Shown piece after piece: positions 63,997 through 64,000 of a stretch of DNA of 64,000 nucleotides. The position numbers and the translations under genes are program-made. Positions within the stretch are counted from its first letter, which is position 1. Every line of letters begins with the position of its first letter. The notes beneath the pieces were generated by a model. The model was given only the letters and a program-made list of their open reading frames with translations, was not told the DNA's origin and made no database searches. The DNA lies in assembly GCA_977017575.1 (NCBI GenBank), contig CDRNVI010000021.1, forward strand, positions 372,001-436,000, given 5' to 3'. The stretch is from Paramoeba atlantica. Taxonomy: Eukaryota; Protista; Discosea.

Positions 63997-64000
63997 GGTG

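Larger units (their letters stand above)
49768..64000 (+). repeat. Tandem histone array, ~2767-bp unit (H2A-H2B-H3-H4), 5 full units plus a sixth H2A; continues past window end
   Basis: H2B starts at 50485, 53252, 56019, 58786, 61554 (spacing 2767, 2767, 2767, 2768); spacers nearly identical. Confidence 0.98.

Overview
Eukaryotic, intronless DNA in which every recognisable protein gene lies on the + strand. Together with trypanosome-type H2A/H4 tails, this points to a kinetoplastid directional (polycistronic) gene cluster. The compact spacing and the 23-aa LP..L..L.L..N...G LRR protein suggest a Perkinsela-like prokinetoplastid (inference, not verified). 1-49.3 kb holds housekeeping genes (RIO1, UBC4, DHH1, adenosine kinase, GSK3, hexokinase with PTS1, Rab1, NDUFA8-like, RPS27, PMI, PP2C, SNU13, TBC, EMC10, ProRS, PGS1, SCO1, alpha-SNAP, VPS16, KGD4-like, CCT1) and several orphans. 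These are interrupted by TA-flanked Tc1/mariner DNA transposons, several MITE families and a hairpin-dense tRNA-like locus at 26.3-26.9 kb. From 49.8 kb to beyond the window end runs a ~2767-bp tandem array in which each unit carries all four core histones (H2A-H2B-H3-H4, same strand). The most notable observations are the histone quartet array, class II transposons with a DD32E motif, and recurrent strand-symmetric C-rich to G-rich composition flips centred inside genes. All family assignments come from motif recognition by eye; no searches were run.
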